Below are positions 37,901 to 48,051 of a stretch of DNA of 64,000 bases, piece after piece. A program made the position numbers and the translations under genes. Positions within the stretch are counted from its first letter, which is position 1; each line of letters starts with the position of its first letter. The DNA lies in NCBI GenBank assembly GCA_038496445.1, contig JALMLS010000179.1, positions 1 through 64,000 on the forward strand, in the 5' to 3' direction. The stretch is from Trichosphaerium sp. ATCC 40318. Its lineage: Eukaryota > Protista > Tubulinea. Below the pieces are notes generated by a model that saw only the letters and a program-made list of their open reading frames with translations, did not search any database and was not told the DNA's origin.

Positions 37901-39603
37901 AAAAACATCCTACGTACGCAACGTTTTACCCGCGATTTTTTCGTCGTTACTCTTCTTTTTTTTGTTTTCGCAATGATGCCTGGCGTACCTTTGCGTATGC
38001 CGCCCCAGTCATAAGGTCTGTTGACGAGAACACTCCCACTCTTAGCACAAATCAAAAAAAAAGAAATTGAATTTTTAAAACACATTGCTGTTCAGCTTTG
38101 ACTAATTGTTTAATTCTCCAGTGGTTCATTATACGATGACGAAATGGATGTTGATAAAGACAAAGACCAAGACAAGAAAGCTGCAGGTGGTGACGAAGAA
38201 GATAAACTCGACGAAGATGATGACATTGAAATGCAAGACGCTGATGTTGATCAACATACATCAACAGGACTGGACATGCTTGATATAATGGAAGACCATG
38301 AACACATAGTGAGCAAGGAAGTTCTTACATACGAAGACTATGAACGTATTCGCTTCGATCTAGAGAAGCTACTTGGTGTTTGGCGTCGTGATGTCACTGC
38401 GTTCCGTAAAGGCCAAGTACTTTGGCGTAATTTGGTTCACACCACTGCTCCATTTGCTGCCAGCCTTTGTGAACAACTTCGATTAATTTTGGAGCCTACA
38501 CAACGATCTCGTCTAACTGGCGATTATCGTACTGGAAAACGCCTCAATATGAGAAAACTCATACCGTTTATTGCCAGTAACTTCCGTAAAGATAAGATTT
38601 GGTTGCGCCGAGATCGTCCAAAGCAACGATTCTATCAAGTACGCAAACAACACAAAAACTCCAAATTCTTCTTTTTTTTTTCCTTCAAAACCAGTTTTTC
38701 GCAATGATGCCTGGCGTACCTTTGCGTATGCCGCCCCAGTCATAAGGTCTGTTGACGAGAACACTCCCACTCTTAGCATAAATCAAAAAAACAAACTCAA
38801 AAATTTCGAGCTGTTTTTTTGGATCGTTTTACTTACGTTATACAACAGATTATGATTGGTGTTGATGACTCTAAGTCAATCAAAAATACTGGTGCAAGTG
38901 AGCTTCTGACTATGTCAGTCGCTTTAATCACTGGTGCAATGACACGACTTCAAGTCGGTCAGATTGGTCTTATGAAGTTTGGAGAGTTCCCACAGCTCCT
39001 ACATCCATTCAATGTGCCTTTCAGTGATGAAAGAGCATCTTTGATACTCTCTCGACTCACTTTTGAACAAACCCAAACCAATATGCACAACTTCCTTTCA
39101 AACGCAATTCAGACTCTTGAATTGTCTAGAGGTGAAGCTCATGCTATGGCTGCTGATACAAAACAGATCTTGTTTGTTGTTTCTGATGGTAAATTCGGAG
39201 ACGCTCGCGCTGATATTAAGAAATGGGTCAGAAGGTATGTTCTTGAATCTCATAGACTTTTTCCCGAGTTTTTTTTGGTAGAAAATCTTGTTTTCGCCCA
39301 AGTACTTTTGTTCAACTACGCAGTGTTGTTTTCGTTATTAATATCGTTGTTAGAGCGAGTGAAAGCAATATCTTTGTTGTATTCATCATCATTGATGTGC
39401 GTAGTGATCCTGCTGAGACGATTTTGAAATGGCAAGATGTTGTTATTGAGATTGATCCAGTAACTAAGATGCCTAACCCAGTCGTTTCAATGTATATGGA
39501 CAAGTTCCCGTTCCCATACTACGTGCTTGTTAGACAAGTCAAAAACTTGCCAGAAATCCTTGCTGACGCTATTCGCCAGTGGTTTGAACTCACTGTAAGG
39601 TGA
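16912..39603 (+). CDS. MDN1: Midasin (MDN1/Rea1) AAA-ATPase for pre-60S maturation, multi-exon
   Basis: Six Walker A motifs (GVTGSGKT, GETGTGKT, GPTSSGKT, GDTGTGKT, GSPGVGKT, GPTASGKT), long linker, D/E-rich region, and MIDAS/VWA tail (GDYRTGKRLNMRKLIPFIAS, VDDSKS, FPFPYY, LADAIRQWFE). Confidence 0.96.
17966..18035 (+). ncRNA. Intronic C/D snoRNA, U30-type LSU guide
   Basis: C ATGATGA 17970; D CTGA 18028; guide ATCTCATTCATCCAT is antisense to the conserved LSU AUGGAUGAA(C/U)GAGAU. Confidence 0.8.
18905..19051 (+). ncRNA. Intronic H/ACA snoRNA candidate
   Basis: Hairpin CCACGGA/TCTGTGG with inner TGTCATG/CATGGCA; H box AAATCA 18965; second hairpin; ACA 19046-19048 followed by TTT. Confidence 0.6.
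19380..19454 (+). ncRNA. SNORD24: Intronic C/D snoRNA U24 homologue
   Basis: C ATGATTA, D' CTGA, C' GTGATTA, D CTGA. The D guide CACCAAGATC is antisense to LSU GAUCUUGGUG in the U24 register; the D' guide is antisense to the adjacent GGUAGUAG. Confidence 0.85.
21099..21175 (+). ncRNA. Intronic C/D snoRNA family D, copy 1 (guide AAGACGGG to LSU CCCGUCUU)
   Basis: C ATGATTA 21105, D' CTGA 21140, C' GTGATTG, D-like ATGA 21167, terminal stem AGAC/GTCT; near-identical copy at 37001. Confidence 0.7.
22204..22287 (+). ncRNA. Intronic 84-nt RNA family A, copy 1/6 (P-loop antisense, atypical U31/snR67-like)
   Basis: Identical core TCGCAATGATGCC...TGCCGCCCCAGTCA...CTTAGCA(T/C)AAA in six midasin introns. 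Confidence 0.75.
22467..22542 (+). ncRNA. Intronic C/D snoRNA family C, copy 1/2 (target unassigned)
   Basis: C ATGATTA 22474, D' CTGA 22505, D CTGA 22534, terminal stem ATAAA/TTTAT; identical copy at 31408. Confidence 0.75.
22835..22918 (+). ncRNA. Intronic single-hairpin H/ACA-like RNA family B, copy 1/2
   Basis: Stems GGG/CCC, GCTCCCCT/AGGGGC and TGAC/GTCA with an internal pocket; identical copy at 28723. Confidence 0.65.
24099..24241 (+). ncRNA. Intronic H/ACA-like RNA with an antisense element to LSU GACCAAGGAGU
   Basis: Hairpin TCCGG/CCGGA, H box AAATTA 24161, second hairpin GCCT/AGGC followed by AAA; ACTCCTTGGTC lies in hairpin 1. Confidence 0.55.
28306..28389 (+). ncRNA. Family A copy 2/6
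   Basis: Identical core (ACA variant), intronic. Confidence 0.75.
28723..28806 (+). ncRNA. Family B copy 2/2
   Basis: Identical to 22835-22918, in a different intron. Confidence 0.65.
29178..29246 (+). ncRNA. Intronic C/D snoRNA candidate
   Basis: C ATGATGA 29183, D'-like CCGA 29208, D CTGA 29238; target uncertain. Confidence 0.65.
29630..29705 (+). ncRNA. Intronic C/D snoRNA, U35/snR73-type LSU guide
   Basis: C GTGATGA 29636; guide ACGACGGTCT antisense to LSU AGACCGUCGU; D'-like CGTA; C' TGACGA; D CTGA 29697; stem ATTTA/TAAAT. Confidence 0.8.
29874..29943 (+). ncRNA. Intronic C/D snoRNA candidate (guide TAGGTCAGA, possibly SSU UCUGACCUA)
   Basis: C ATGATTA 29879, C'-like CTGATGC, D CTGA 29933, stem TTTATA/TATAAA. 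Confidence 0.65.
30693..30822 (+). ncRNA. Intronic H/ACA snoRNA
   Basis: Hairpin GCAC/GTGC plus CTTGTACGTG/CACGTACGAG with a pocket 14 nt from H box ATAGTA (30749); second hairpin; ACA 30817-30819 followed by TTT. Confidence 0.75.
31408..31483 (+). ncRNA. Family C copy 2/2
   Basis: Identical to 22467-22542. Confidence 0.75.
32028..32111 (+). ncRNA. Family A copy 3/6
   Basis: Identical core (ACA variant), intronic. Confidence 0.75.
34703..34786 (+). ncRNA. Family A copy 4/6
   Basis: Identical core (ATA variant), intronic. Confidence 0.75.
35421..35519 (+). ncRNA. Intronic C/D snoRNA candidate
   Basis: Stem TTTGCA/TGCAAA, C TTGATGA 35429, C' GTGATGG, D CTGA 35510; TGTTTCAAGA (anti-LSU UCUUGAAACA) and ATAGGCCCAC (near anti-LSU GUGGCCUAU). 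Confidence 0.7.
35781..35847 (+). ncRNA. Intronic C/D snoRNA candidate, preceded by a hairpin at 35727-35780
   Basis: C ATGATGT 35785, D CTGA 35840; target unassigned. Confidence 0.5.
37001..37080 (+). ncRNA. Family D copy 2/2
   Basis: Core differs from 21105-21170 at 2 positions; different terminal stem. Confidence 0.7.
37381..37448 (+). ncRNA. Intronic C/D snoRNA with a U21-type LSU guide
   Basis: Stem AATCTA/TAGATT, C ATGACGA, guide TTCAAGACGGG (anti CCCGUCUUGAA), D' ATGA, C' CTGATTA, D CTGA 37439. Confidence 0.8.
37968..38051 (+). ncRNA. Family A copy 5/6
   Basis: Identical core (ACA variant), intronic. Confidence 0.75.
38699..38782 (+). ncRNA. Family A copy 6/6
   Basis: Identical core (ATA variant), intronic. 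Confidence 0.75.
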
Positions 39604-40746
39604 AGATAAAACTCTAAAACACAATTTTGTAGAGTAGCATAAAACAACGCAAAAAACATGCTAAACTGAAACCTTGTACTTTAAACCAAATAAAAAGGGT
39701 TTACTACCTAATTATGATATTTGAAAAACTTTTTTTTGCCAGAAAAGTTTGTCGATTGTTACTGTGAATACCTTACTATTGTGTTATGTATGAAATAGTC
39801 AAAGGGCTATGCAGGAGTGCAGTAGCGAGTTTTACGAACAAGTAGCCACTTGATGCAAAAGTAGAGTAGTGACACTACAAGTCTATGTTGTTTAAACTGC
39901 AGCAGTTCAACTGCCAGGTAAGGCAGTCCTTCCGAAAAGATTAATACGATTTTCGGAAAACCTTGTACCCCAAGACATCACTTTGTTGGTGCAGGAAAAC
40001 TAGTGCACAATATGAAGGGTGGTTACGAATTATGACGCACTATCTTCTAATTTCCGAAAGACTCAGCGTTCGCTTTTTGGAATATACGAAAACCAATAGA
40101 CCCCTTCTCAATAGGTTATAAAGACGCTTAGAGTATTACCGGATATTCTGTAAAACGACCTTCTAGATACTCAAATTTACTAAAATAGAAAGAGCGGAAA
40201 GAGTACACGTTGGTCAAAAGTCGCATAATATTTATAGTATCACAAAGGACAAAGCGTAAGTTCCAGCGGACGAAGACTGCTAGTACCCCCTCTACACATA
40301 CTTTACAAAGTAAAAGCTACACTATTCGATGTGGTTCATCTCTGTCTTCCTTATTGTTGCCCTACAAGCTCAATAATAGTGCTAGAGACACCTCTTATAC
40401 AAGGTGATTCAATAGCGCTAACCTCTTTTTGTTAACACGGTACGGAAGGGTGTTATTCCGTGTTTTTCTTTTTTTGCAATAATATGGTTCTAGAGTCACT
40501 GACAGTTTGTTTTGTTGTAGGAGTAATGTACCGTGTTGATTACAAGCTGATTTACGCTTTATGAGATGTTTCACAGTAGCTTTGACGGAAAATACCGTCT
40601 AAACGTATTTATTATGTCCAAAACAGTTTGAATAGTGCTTATCGAATAAAGTTGTATTGTTCTGGATCCAAAAAGCCTATTTTAGCCAAGAGTCGCTATT
40701 TTCATTTTTTCAAAAAACCGAAGCGACAAAGATTGTGCATTTTCTC

Positions 40747-41539
40747 TTACAATAAAACTTGTTCCCGCAAGCTATCAGTTGGATACCTATTCACTTCGCA
40801 ATAATACAACGTTGATGTGTAGGAAAATTGAAAACTGTTAGCTTCTTCGAGATACGCTTGTCGCTCTTGGTAACTATCACTCGTTGGTGCACTTAACTCA
40901 GGTTGGCAGGAGTTAGTGATGTAATAGTCGTGAACGGTATCATTGATGAAGAGCACAAGGGTGGAATACCAACTGTAATTTGCGTTGATTGCAAAAATGT
41001 CAATGGTGAATTTGAAGGTAAATACAAATTTTGGGATTACGGGAAGCAAGTTGTTCCTTTTATGTTGCTGGTAAAAGAAAGAGGTTTACAAGTAAAAGGT
41101 ATCATCTTACTTGCCAAGAAAAAAAGTTTACTAGCAACCCATCACCTCAATATGGTTCAATAAAATCGAAGAAGGAGTATCTACACTTTTATTTATTGTT
41201 GAAAGTACAAAACCGACAATGTGACTTGAGTCCTTCAATCCTATTCCTTGCTGTAATGTACTTGAGCAGGTTCATCTCCTGCTAGAATCACATACTCGTT
41301 TTAGTGAAAGTGAGAACACGAGAACGGATTTCCGTTGCTTGAGTTTCAATAGTAAATCCGTTGGAATGAAAGAACTTTATCGCAAATATATCATAGTATC
41401 TATGTATAGCTGCATGCTTTGGCTTGATACCAGAAATAACGTGTTTTCCATTCTTTGGGTCGTATGTAATTTTGAGTTTTTTAGTATCAATAAAAACTTC
41501 ATGTTGTGTTTTGTTAAAGAATTCTCGAAATTCAGCCAC
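40747..41539 (-). other. Possible hypothetical gene or degraded ORF fragments
   Basis: Two co-oriented ORFs (83 and 100 aa) with no recognisable motif. Confidence 0.25.
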
Positions 41540-42130
41540 AAATTGCTCAATATAAGACTTTGTGTCACCATAAAGAATTATAGTTTCTCCGAATCTATGT
41601 ATAAATGTTAGAGATACAAACCGTTAAAAAGCAGGGAAGTAGTAAGTGGTATTTTTGAGCGCAATCACAAACAAAAAAAAGCGATTGTTGTGCCAATGAG
41701 GGGATAGCACTACTTTTGGACAATTGAAGCCACAATAGACCAAGAAATGTGCTGTTGTATGTAAAATGCGTGTGCTTTACGGCAACAAATCACGTGATTT
41801 TCTTCCGCGACCCAGTTTTGCGAAAAGTAGTGCATACCCCTTGGTACTACTGCTGTAGACTAAAAAAATAATGTAATAATGTAAAAACGCTTCAAACGCA
41901 GTTTGAGGCTGGTTTGGCTTCTAGTAGAGTGTAATAATACATACGAACACATAATCACCTCTGGTGCTACCTCCATCGTTGTCAAGGCGAAAAGTGGGTG
42001 AAAGTCAAGTTGGTCTTGGGTTTTAAAAAGGGTTCAACGGGCTTTCACTGATTGTGTGCGGGTCTTAAACTTTGTGTGGAGATTGGGCTTGAAGCAAAAG
42101 CTTCCAGCTAGCATTCTCAAACAATGAGTA

Positions 42131-42600
42131 TTACCCCAATTTGAATACTACCAGAATTCGAATACAACATAAGAAAACTAGAACATAACATTGACTTTGA
42201 GGTATTCTGCCTAGGGTATATGAGCTATTAATGTAACTCGTTGAGTACATAGTGCACAACAAGCACACGAACATTGGTGCCTGTGTACTCAAAGTGGAGC
42301 GGCATTGAAAAAAGCATGATAAAGTGGCATTTTTTGAGTCAATCACATCGTCTACTTGAAAACGTATGCTGACTACCTTAAATAGAGTCATGTGCTACTA
42401 TTATATGACATGTGGTAACGTAAGTTCCATTTCACAGATAAACTGTTGTATTTCAGGTGGCTGTGACAAAGCAAGGAAGTGTCGTACAAGCTGATGTTGC
42501 TTCATCTACTTGCATACCGAAGGCTGAATTAAAGAGTGGGAACTCACTTTTAGCTGCAGCAGTAAGTGCAGTGTATCTCGATCTTTTTTGTTGTATGCAA
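42131..42600 (-). pseudogene. Degenerate paralogue fragment of the adjacent F-box-like gene
   Basis: 42424-42460 is nearly identical to 43778-43814 (PPEIQQFICEME vs PPEIQQCICEME). Confidence 0.45.
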
Positions 42601-42889
42601 AGCACGGGGCAACCCATTAGTTAACCTACCAGTGAAGTATTTATGGTGCAACGAAGGAACTCACAGCACAGTATCTGAAGGTACAAAACACAACAAAAAA
42701 AAGTAAGATATAACAAAAGAGAAAAGAGACTGTTTACAGAATAGTATAAAAGTATACTTCTATTTATTTCTGTTACCTCCCAGTGATATAAATGAAGTGT
42801 AGATATATTTTATCGATTTGATGAGTTTGTTATAGTTCTCCAAACTGTTCACGTGCATTGAGTAAATAGCTGTCAAAGAAACAAAAGCA

Positions 42890-44286
42890 CTAAACATAAG
42901 CTGACCACGAAAATGATTTATCACTATTGGCTGTGTGCGCCCAATAATATCCACTCAATTGGCCATTATCATCGTAATAACCTTTGTATAATAGGAGCCC
43001 CTGTGCGTTCCAAAACTCATCTGATTTTTCACCAGTAAGTTGTCTTGTAAAGTTGATTTGACCGTTTTCATACCACTTCTTTTGAAAGTCCTGAGTATAA
43101 TGCTTTGCGAGTTGCCCATTGGCATACCATTCTTTATGGCAATCGGCCTCATCGTGCTTTGATATTTGTCCATCTTCATACCACGCTTTATACAAGTGTG
43201 AACCTTTTTTGTAATCTTTTATTTGACCATGTTCATAATAATGCTGAATCTCAACATAGTTGCTACTGAGATTGAACACCTTTCTTGTCTTGATTTGTTC
43301 GCTCCCATCGTAACTAAATATCCATTCGCCTGACTTTTTGTCGTTTTGCATTGTACCTTCCACACTTACATAACCGCTCGCATACCACTCAGTGTGTGGA
43401 CCATCTTGGAGACCATCTTTGTAGAGTTGTCGAATCTTTACACTAGTGTCACACCCTCCGCTGCTTGCACGCTTCATTGTGAATTCTTTTATGCCATCAA
43501 GTATACCATGTTTGTATGTCACTAACCACCTACGTTTGTTCTTGTAGTGCTCTGTGTGTGCCCCATGAAGCTTTCCCTGGTTGTCAAATCTCATATTTTG
43601 GATATAGAACTCTGTAGGGTAGAAAGGATTTGGTTTCCATGCCTTCCAATGTCCATTTCGTATTAAATCAATTGAATAATGTGTCATAACTGCTGCCTTT
43701 TTTGAGAGAACATGCCTTCACGTGGATTAGAAACAGTACAAAAGCGAAAATCAAGTACCATTTGGAGAAGGTTGTACGTTCCATTTCGCAGATACACTGT
43801 TGTATTTCAGGTGGTAGTGATAACAGCAATGAACTGTCGTCATCTAGAATAGCTGTATATCTATCTCTTAAGTTGGCAGCAGCTGTTCGTCTTATATTTG
43901 CAAGGTACGCCACCCTAGTTTTCCCTTTTGCCTTTAAACTAGGCGAACGGGATACATCAACACTTTTCGTAGATGGTGCAGTTATTGCTGCATCAGGAGG
44001 TGTGACTTGAGGTACAAAAGTGAGTTCCTCCTCTTTAATCTGGTTTTTGGGCATGAAAGTAAATGAGGGTTCAACATCAGCTTGAGTGGTCGCAGTGGTC
44101 GCTTGTGGCTTGGCTGAAAATACAAAAAGCGGCGTTTGATCTGCTTCTGCTTTTGTATTTGCTTTTGACAATGCAGCACTTGGTTTGAAAACAAACGCAG
44201 CACCTAGAGCAGTATAAATACGAGGAGTAGAAATGTAAACGAATACCTTTAATAGTACTATCACTGGGGTTTGTAGGTGTTTGCAT
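42890..44286 (-). CDS. F-box-like motif + MORN-variant (YwqK-like) repeat protein, 2 introns
   Basis: LLLSLPPEIQQCIC; repeats GLQDGPHTEWYASG, WYEDGQI, WYANGQL, WYENGQI; ATG at 44286 with GT-AG introns. Confidence 0.7.
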
Positions 44287-44859
44287 ACAAGACACAGTGC
44301 GTCAGCGAGGAATTTTTGGTTTTTTGCTTAGAAGAATTGAGAAGACAAAGAAAGACTTTGGTACCAAAAATTCTGGCGGGTTCGAAGAAAGTTGTGTATT
44401 GTTGTTGATTTATGAACAGTTCTGAGCGCGCTTAACCTAAATTAGAGGCCTACTTTTGAGGCATTATTGTAACAGTAATTAGGCCTAATAGCCTTCACTG
44501 ATTAGGGTCTAAGGCCTGTTTTTGCGTTAAATTACTGTTATTGGCAGCGTACTTTTCACTCCCGTGTTTTACAAATATAGAAATGGTAATTACCATTCTG
44601 TTATTGATAATAACGCAATTTATTACTACATTTAGAATCATTGTTAAGGATAGCTAGTGCTATTTCTTTCCTAAATTGTCAATACTAGATCATTTCCTTT
44701 CCCTTATTGGTAAAGTCTTAGAGATATGAATTGCAGTCCTGCAAGTGTTTATTACAAACCACTACCAAAAGCGTATTGACCCTCGCTGTTGGAGTGAGGT
44801 GGAACTTTATACGACAGGTAACTCTAAGCTAGTTTTGTTTCTTTGCAATGGAATCTTGT

Positions 44860-45200
44860 CAGTTTGTATATAGAAATCTGAGTTTGTCCTGTAGGATGTA
44901 ATGTTCAAGATACAAAAAAAAGCAAGATGGAAAAAAACGAGAAAAAAGACAAGCTATTCGTATGAAAATGGCGGTATTATGTACATACATCAATGGTGAA
45001 CTAGATGGAGAGCACCATAAGTGGTATAGACACGATCTAATGAGCAATGGTATTATTCTAATGGTGCCAAAGAAGGAGAATACAAAGGTGCTTCAGTACT
45101 GGAATTATATGTTCATTGTATTTATGTTAATGGGAAGAGGGGAAAGAATATGCTAGCAGAGTACGGAATTCTGAAGGCTCAAGAAGTTCTAGAAGACACA
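44860..45200 (+). pseudogene. Frameshifted MORN-variant repeat relic
   Basis: YENGG and NGELDGEHHKWY fragments in different frames. Confidence 0.4.
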
Positions 45201-45562
45201 GCAACTTAAAACCGGCAGCTGCAGCCATATGCGCGTAAGTGCTACTATAAATAAACAAGATCAGGATCTTTTAAGATTAAACAATCAGCCAACCGTTAAA
45301 TTCAGTGCATCAAAACTGTTCCGCTAATACAATTAAACCGTCGTATACATTGACATTCACCCCTATCCGATAACGTCTCACAAACGTGTAGCTCGCATAA
45401 CAGCATTTCAGCAGTTCTTCTACGCTTTTGTAAATAATCATCAGAATAGGCGCTGGCGTCTGAAATACAAACTACACCTTTTAGTGGCGGGTTAGATTCA
45501 CATTTCGCTTAAAATAACTTAGTTTTCTTTTCAGTAGCAAGTTAAACAACACTTCATACAAC

Positions 45563-48051
45563 ATGCGTGAAATCATTCATATCCAAGTCGGTCAATGCGG
45601 TAACCAGATTGGAGCAAAGTTCTGGGAGAATTTGAACTCTGAACATGCTGTTGGCGGTGATGGACAGTTTACAGGCAAACCTATACAACAAGAGCGTATG
45701 AACGTGTATTACACTGAAGCTCAGGGCGGTAGATACGTTCCGAGAGCCGTTCTCGTAGATCTTGGTACGCGACCCTCAAAACTCAAACATAGAGCTCTTT
45801 TTAACGCTTATTTAGAACCTGGCACACTCAATGAAATAAAAGGAAGCAAGTTCGGAAAGACCTACAGACCAAATAACTTTGTACACGCACAAAACGGTGC
45901 TGGTGAGTAAGATAACTCTTAATTTTTCTTCTATTTTCAACACACGTGACGCGTCAAGTTTTTTTTTTTTGGGTTTTTTTTTATCGTCTCTTACGCTATC
46001 AATTGTTAATACTTTAATTTTTTAGGTAACGTATGGGCTAAAGGACACTACGTAAGGGTTTTTTAAGTATTTAATTTTTTGGAAAACAGGCGCAAGGAGA
46101 TTAAAACTTTTTATCTCGTTTGCCTTGTTCCTAGGTTTTTTTTTTGTATCTTTTTTGAGCTTTTTTCTGTTTTTCTTGGGTACTTATTTGTTTTTTAGAC
46201 TGAAGGCGCTGAACTTGTAGATCAAGTATTAGATGTCGTAAGACGTGAAGCAGAGGCCTGTGAGTGTATTCAAGGCTTTCAATTTTGTCACTCTATTGGA
46301 GGTGGAACTGGTTCAGGTTCGCGAAGTTTTGTTTCTTTTCTTACTTTGTGCGCTTTTGTTTTACCCATTCACTCCGCACCTCTAAAAATACATGTCGCTA
46401 CCATCAAAGATTAAATTACTGCCTCTATAGCTCAGCTATTTGATAGCGTTATCATTTTGTGTCTAAACAGTATTTTTGTTAGGTCTCGGTACACTTCTTA
46501 TCGCAAAGATTAGAGAAGAGTTTCCTGATCGTATGATGTTTTCATTCTCAGTTATGCCTTCCCCAAAGGTATCAGAAGTAGTAGTAGAACCATACAACGC
46601 GTACGTACCATTTTATTTTACCTTCTCGCCTTTTTTTGATATTTTTTTGAAAATTGAAAAGAAAAATCACGTGTGTAACTTCCTGCGCTTATTGTTTTAC
46701 CAAAAAATCTCATTGTATTTTTTAGAGTTCTTTCTATCCATCAGCTCATCGAGAACACTGATTTGGTAATGTGCATTGATAACGACGCACTTTACGATAT
46801 CTGCTTAAAAACACTTAAGCTCAAATCACCAAACTACAGCGACCTAAACCAGCTTGTATCGTCAGTAATGAGCGGGGTAACATGTAGTTTACGCTTCCCT
46901 GGTAAGTTTAAAACATAAAAATATAAATAAGTCGTCAATTAACGTAAATAATAGGTCAGTTAAACTCTGATTTGCGTAAAATGGCAGTAAACTTGACGCC
47001 TTTCCCACGTTTGCATTTTTTCCTTGTGGGCAATGCTCCACTTTCTTCACGTCAAGGATCAATCTATAACTCGGTATCAGTATCAGAGCTAACCAACCAA
47101 GTCTTCCAAGTACGTAGTTACGCAATAAACAAGTCAACATCTGACTCAACAATTAGTCTAAAAATATGATGGCTGCTTGCGATCCTAAGAAGGGAAAATA
47201 CTTGACTGCTAGTGCTATGTTCAGAGGGTAAGAATGAGTAATGAAATGTAACCCAAACTTAAACACTATCGTTAGAAAAATGAGCGCAAAGGAAGTTGAG
47301 GAACAGATGATGAACCTCCAGAATAAGAACTCTCCTTACTTCGTTGAATGGATTCCAAACAACATCAAATCATCCATGTGTAACGTTCCACCAACAGGTA
47401 CGCTACATACTAGCAAAACCTCTACCAATTTTTTTGAAATTTTATTGGACACGTGATTTACAGCTGTGATATTAATATTTTTTTCAAAGGCTTGGACATG
47501 AGCTGTACTTTCGTTGGTAACTCCACAGCAATCCAATCTGTGTTTAAACGTATCTCTCGATACTTTACTTCTATGTTTTCAAGAAAGGCTTTCTTGCATT
47601 GGTACACAGGTACGAACAAACACTATTGTTGTTTCTTTTTGAACAAAAAAATGTAAAAAAATAATTAATACCAAACAATTTGTACGCAATGCTGACGCTG
47701 TTGTAGATGAAGGAATGGAAGAGATGGAGTTCAGCGAAGCCGAGAGTAATATTAACGATCTAATTGTTGAGTACCAACAATACGAAGACGCTCAAGTCGA
47801 CGATGAGTTAGAAGACGAGTTGGCTGACGAAGACGAGTATGAGTACGAAGACGAGGGCGGAGAAGAAGAATATGACGAAGGTGGCGAAGGTGAAGAGTAC
47901 GAAGAGGAGTATGACGAGGAAGTTTACGAAGAAGGTACGATTTTAGTTACTTCGCGTAGATGATGGCGCTTTGCGTATTTTGAAGCGTTTCGATGACTTT
48001 AATAATAATGTTTACTTACATGAACTCTTAGAGGGTGAAGGCGATGAATAA
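45563..48051 (+). CDS. TUBB: Beta-tubulin with a very long acidic tail, multi-exon
   Basis: [59 protein letters not shown]. Confidence 0.95.

Noticed and set aside
22204-38782. Repeated peptide RNDAWRTFAYAAPVIRSVDENTPTLS in many ORFs
   Set aside because: It is a translation of the intronic family A repeat. It lies between GT/AG sites, there are no synonymous changes among copies, and it interrupts midasin.
22204-38782. CRISPR array or MITE interpretation of family A
   Set aside because: The copies are 0.7-6 kb apart in a eukaryotic gene, with no cas genes, terminal inverted repeats or target-site duplications, and all are in the sense orientation.
46385-46450. Hairpin in a beta-tubulin intron with weak anti-SSU similarity (CTACCATCAAAG)
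   Set aside because: No box motifs; the evidence is too weak.
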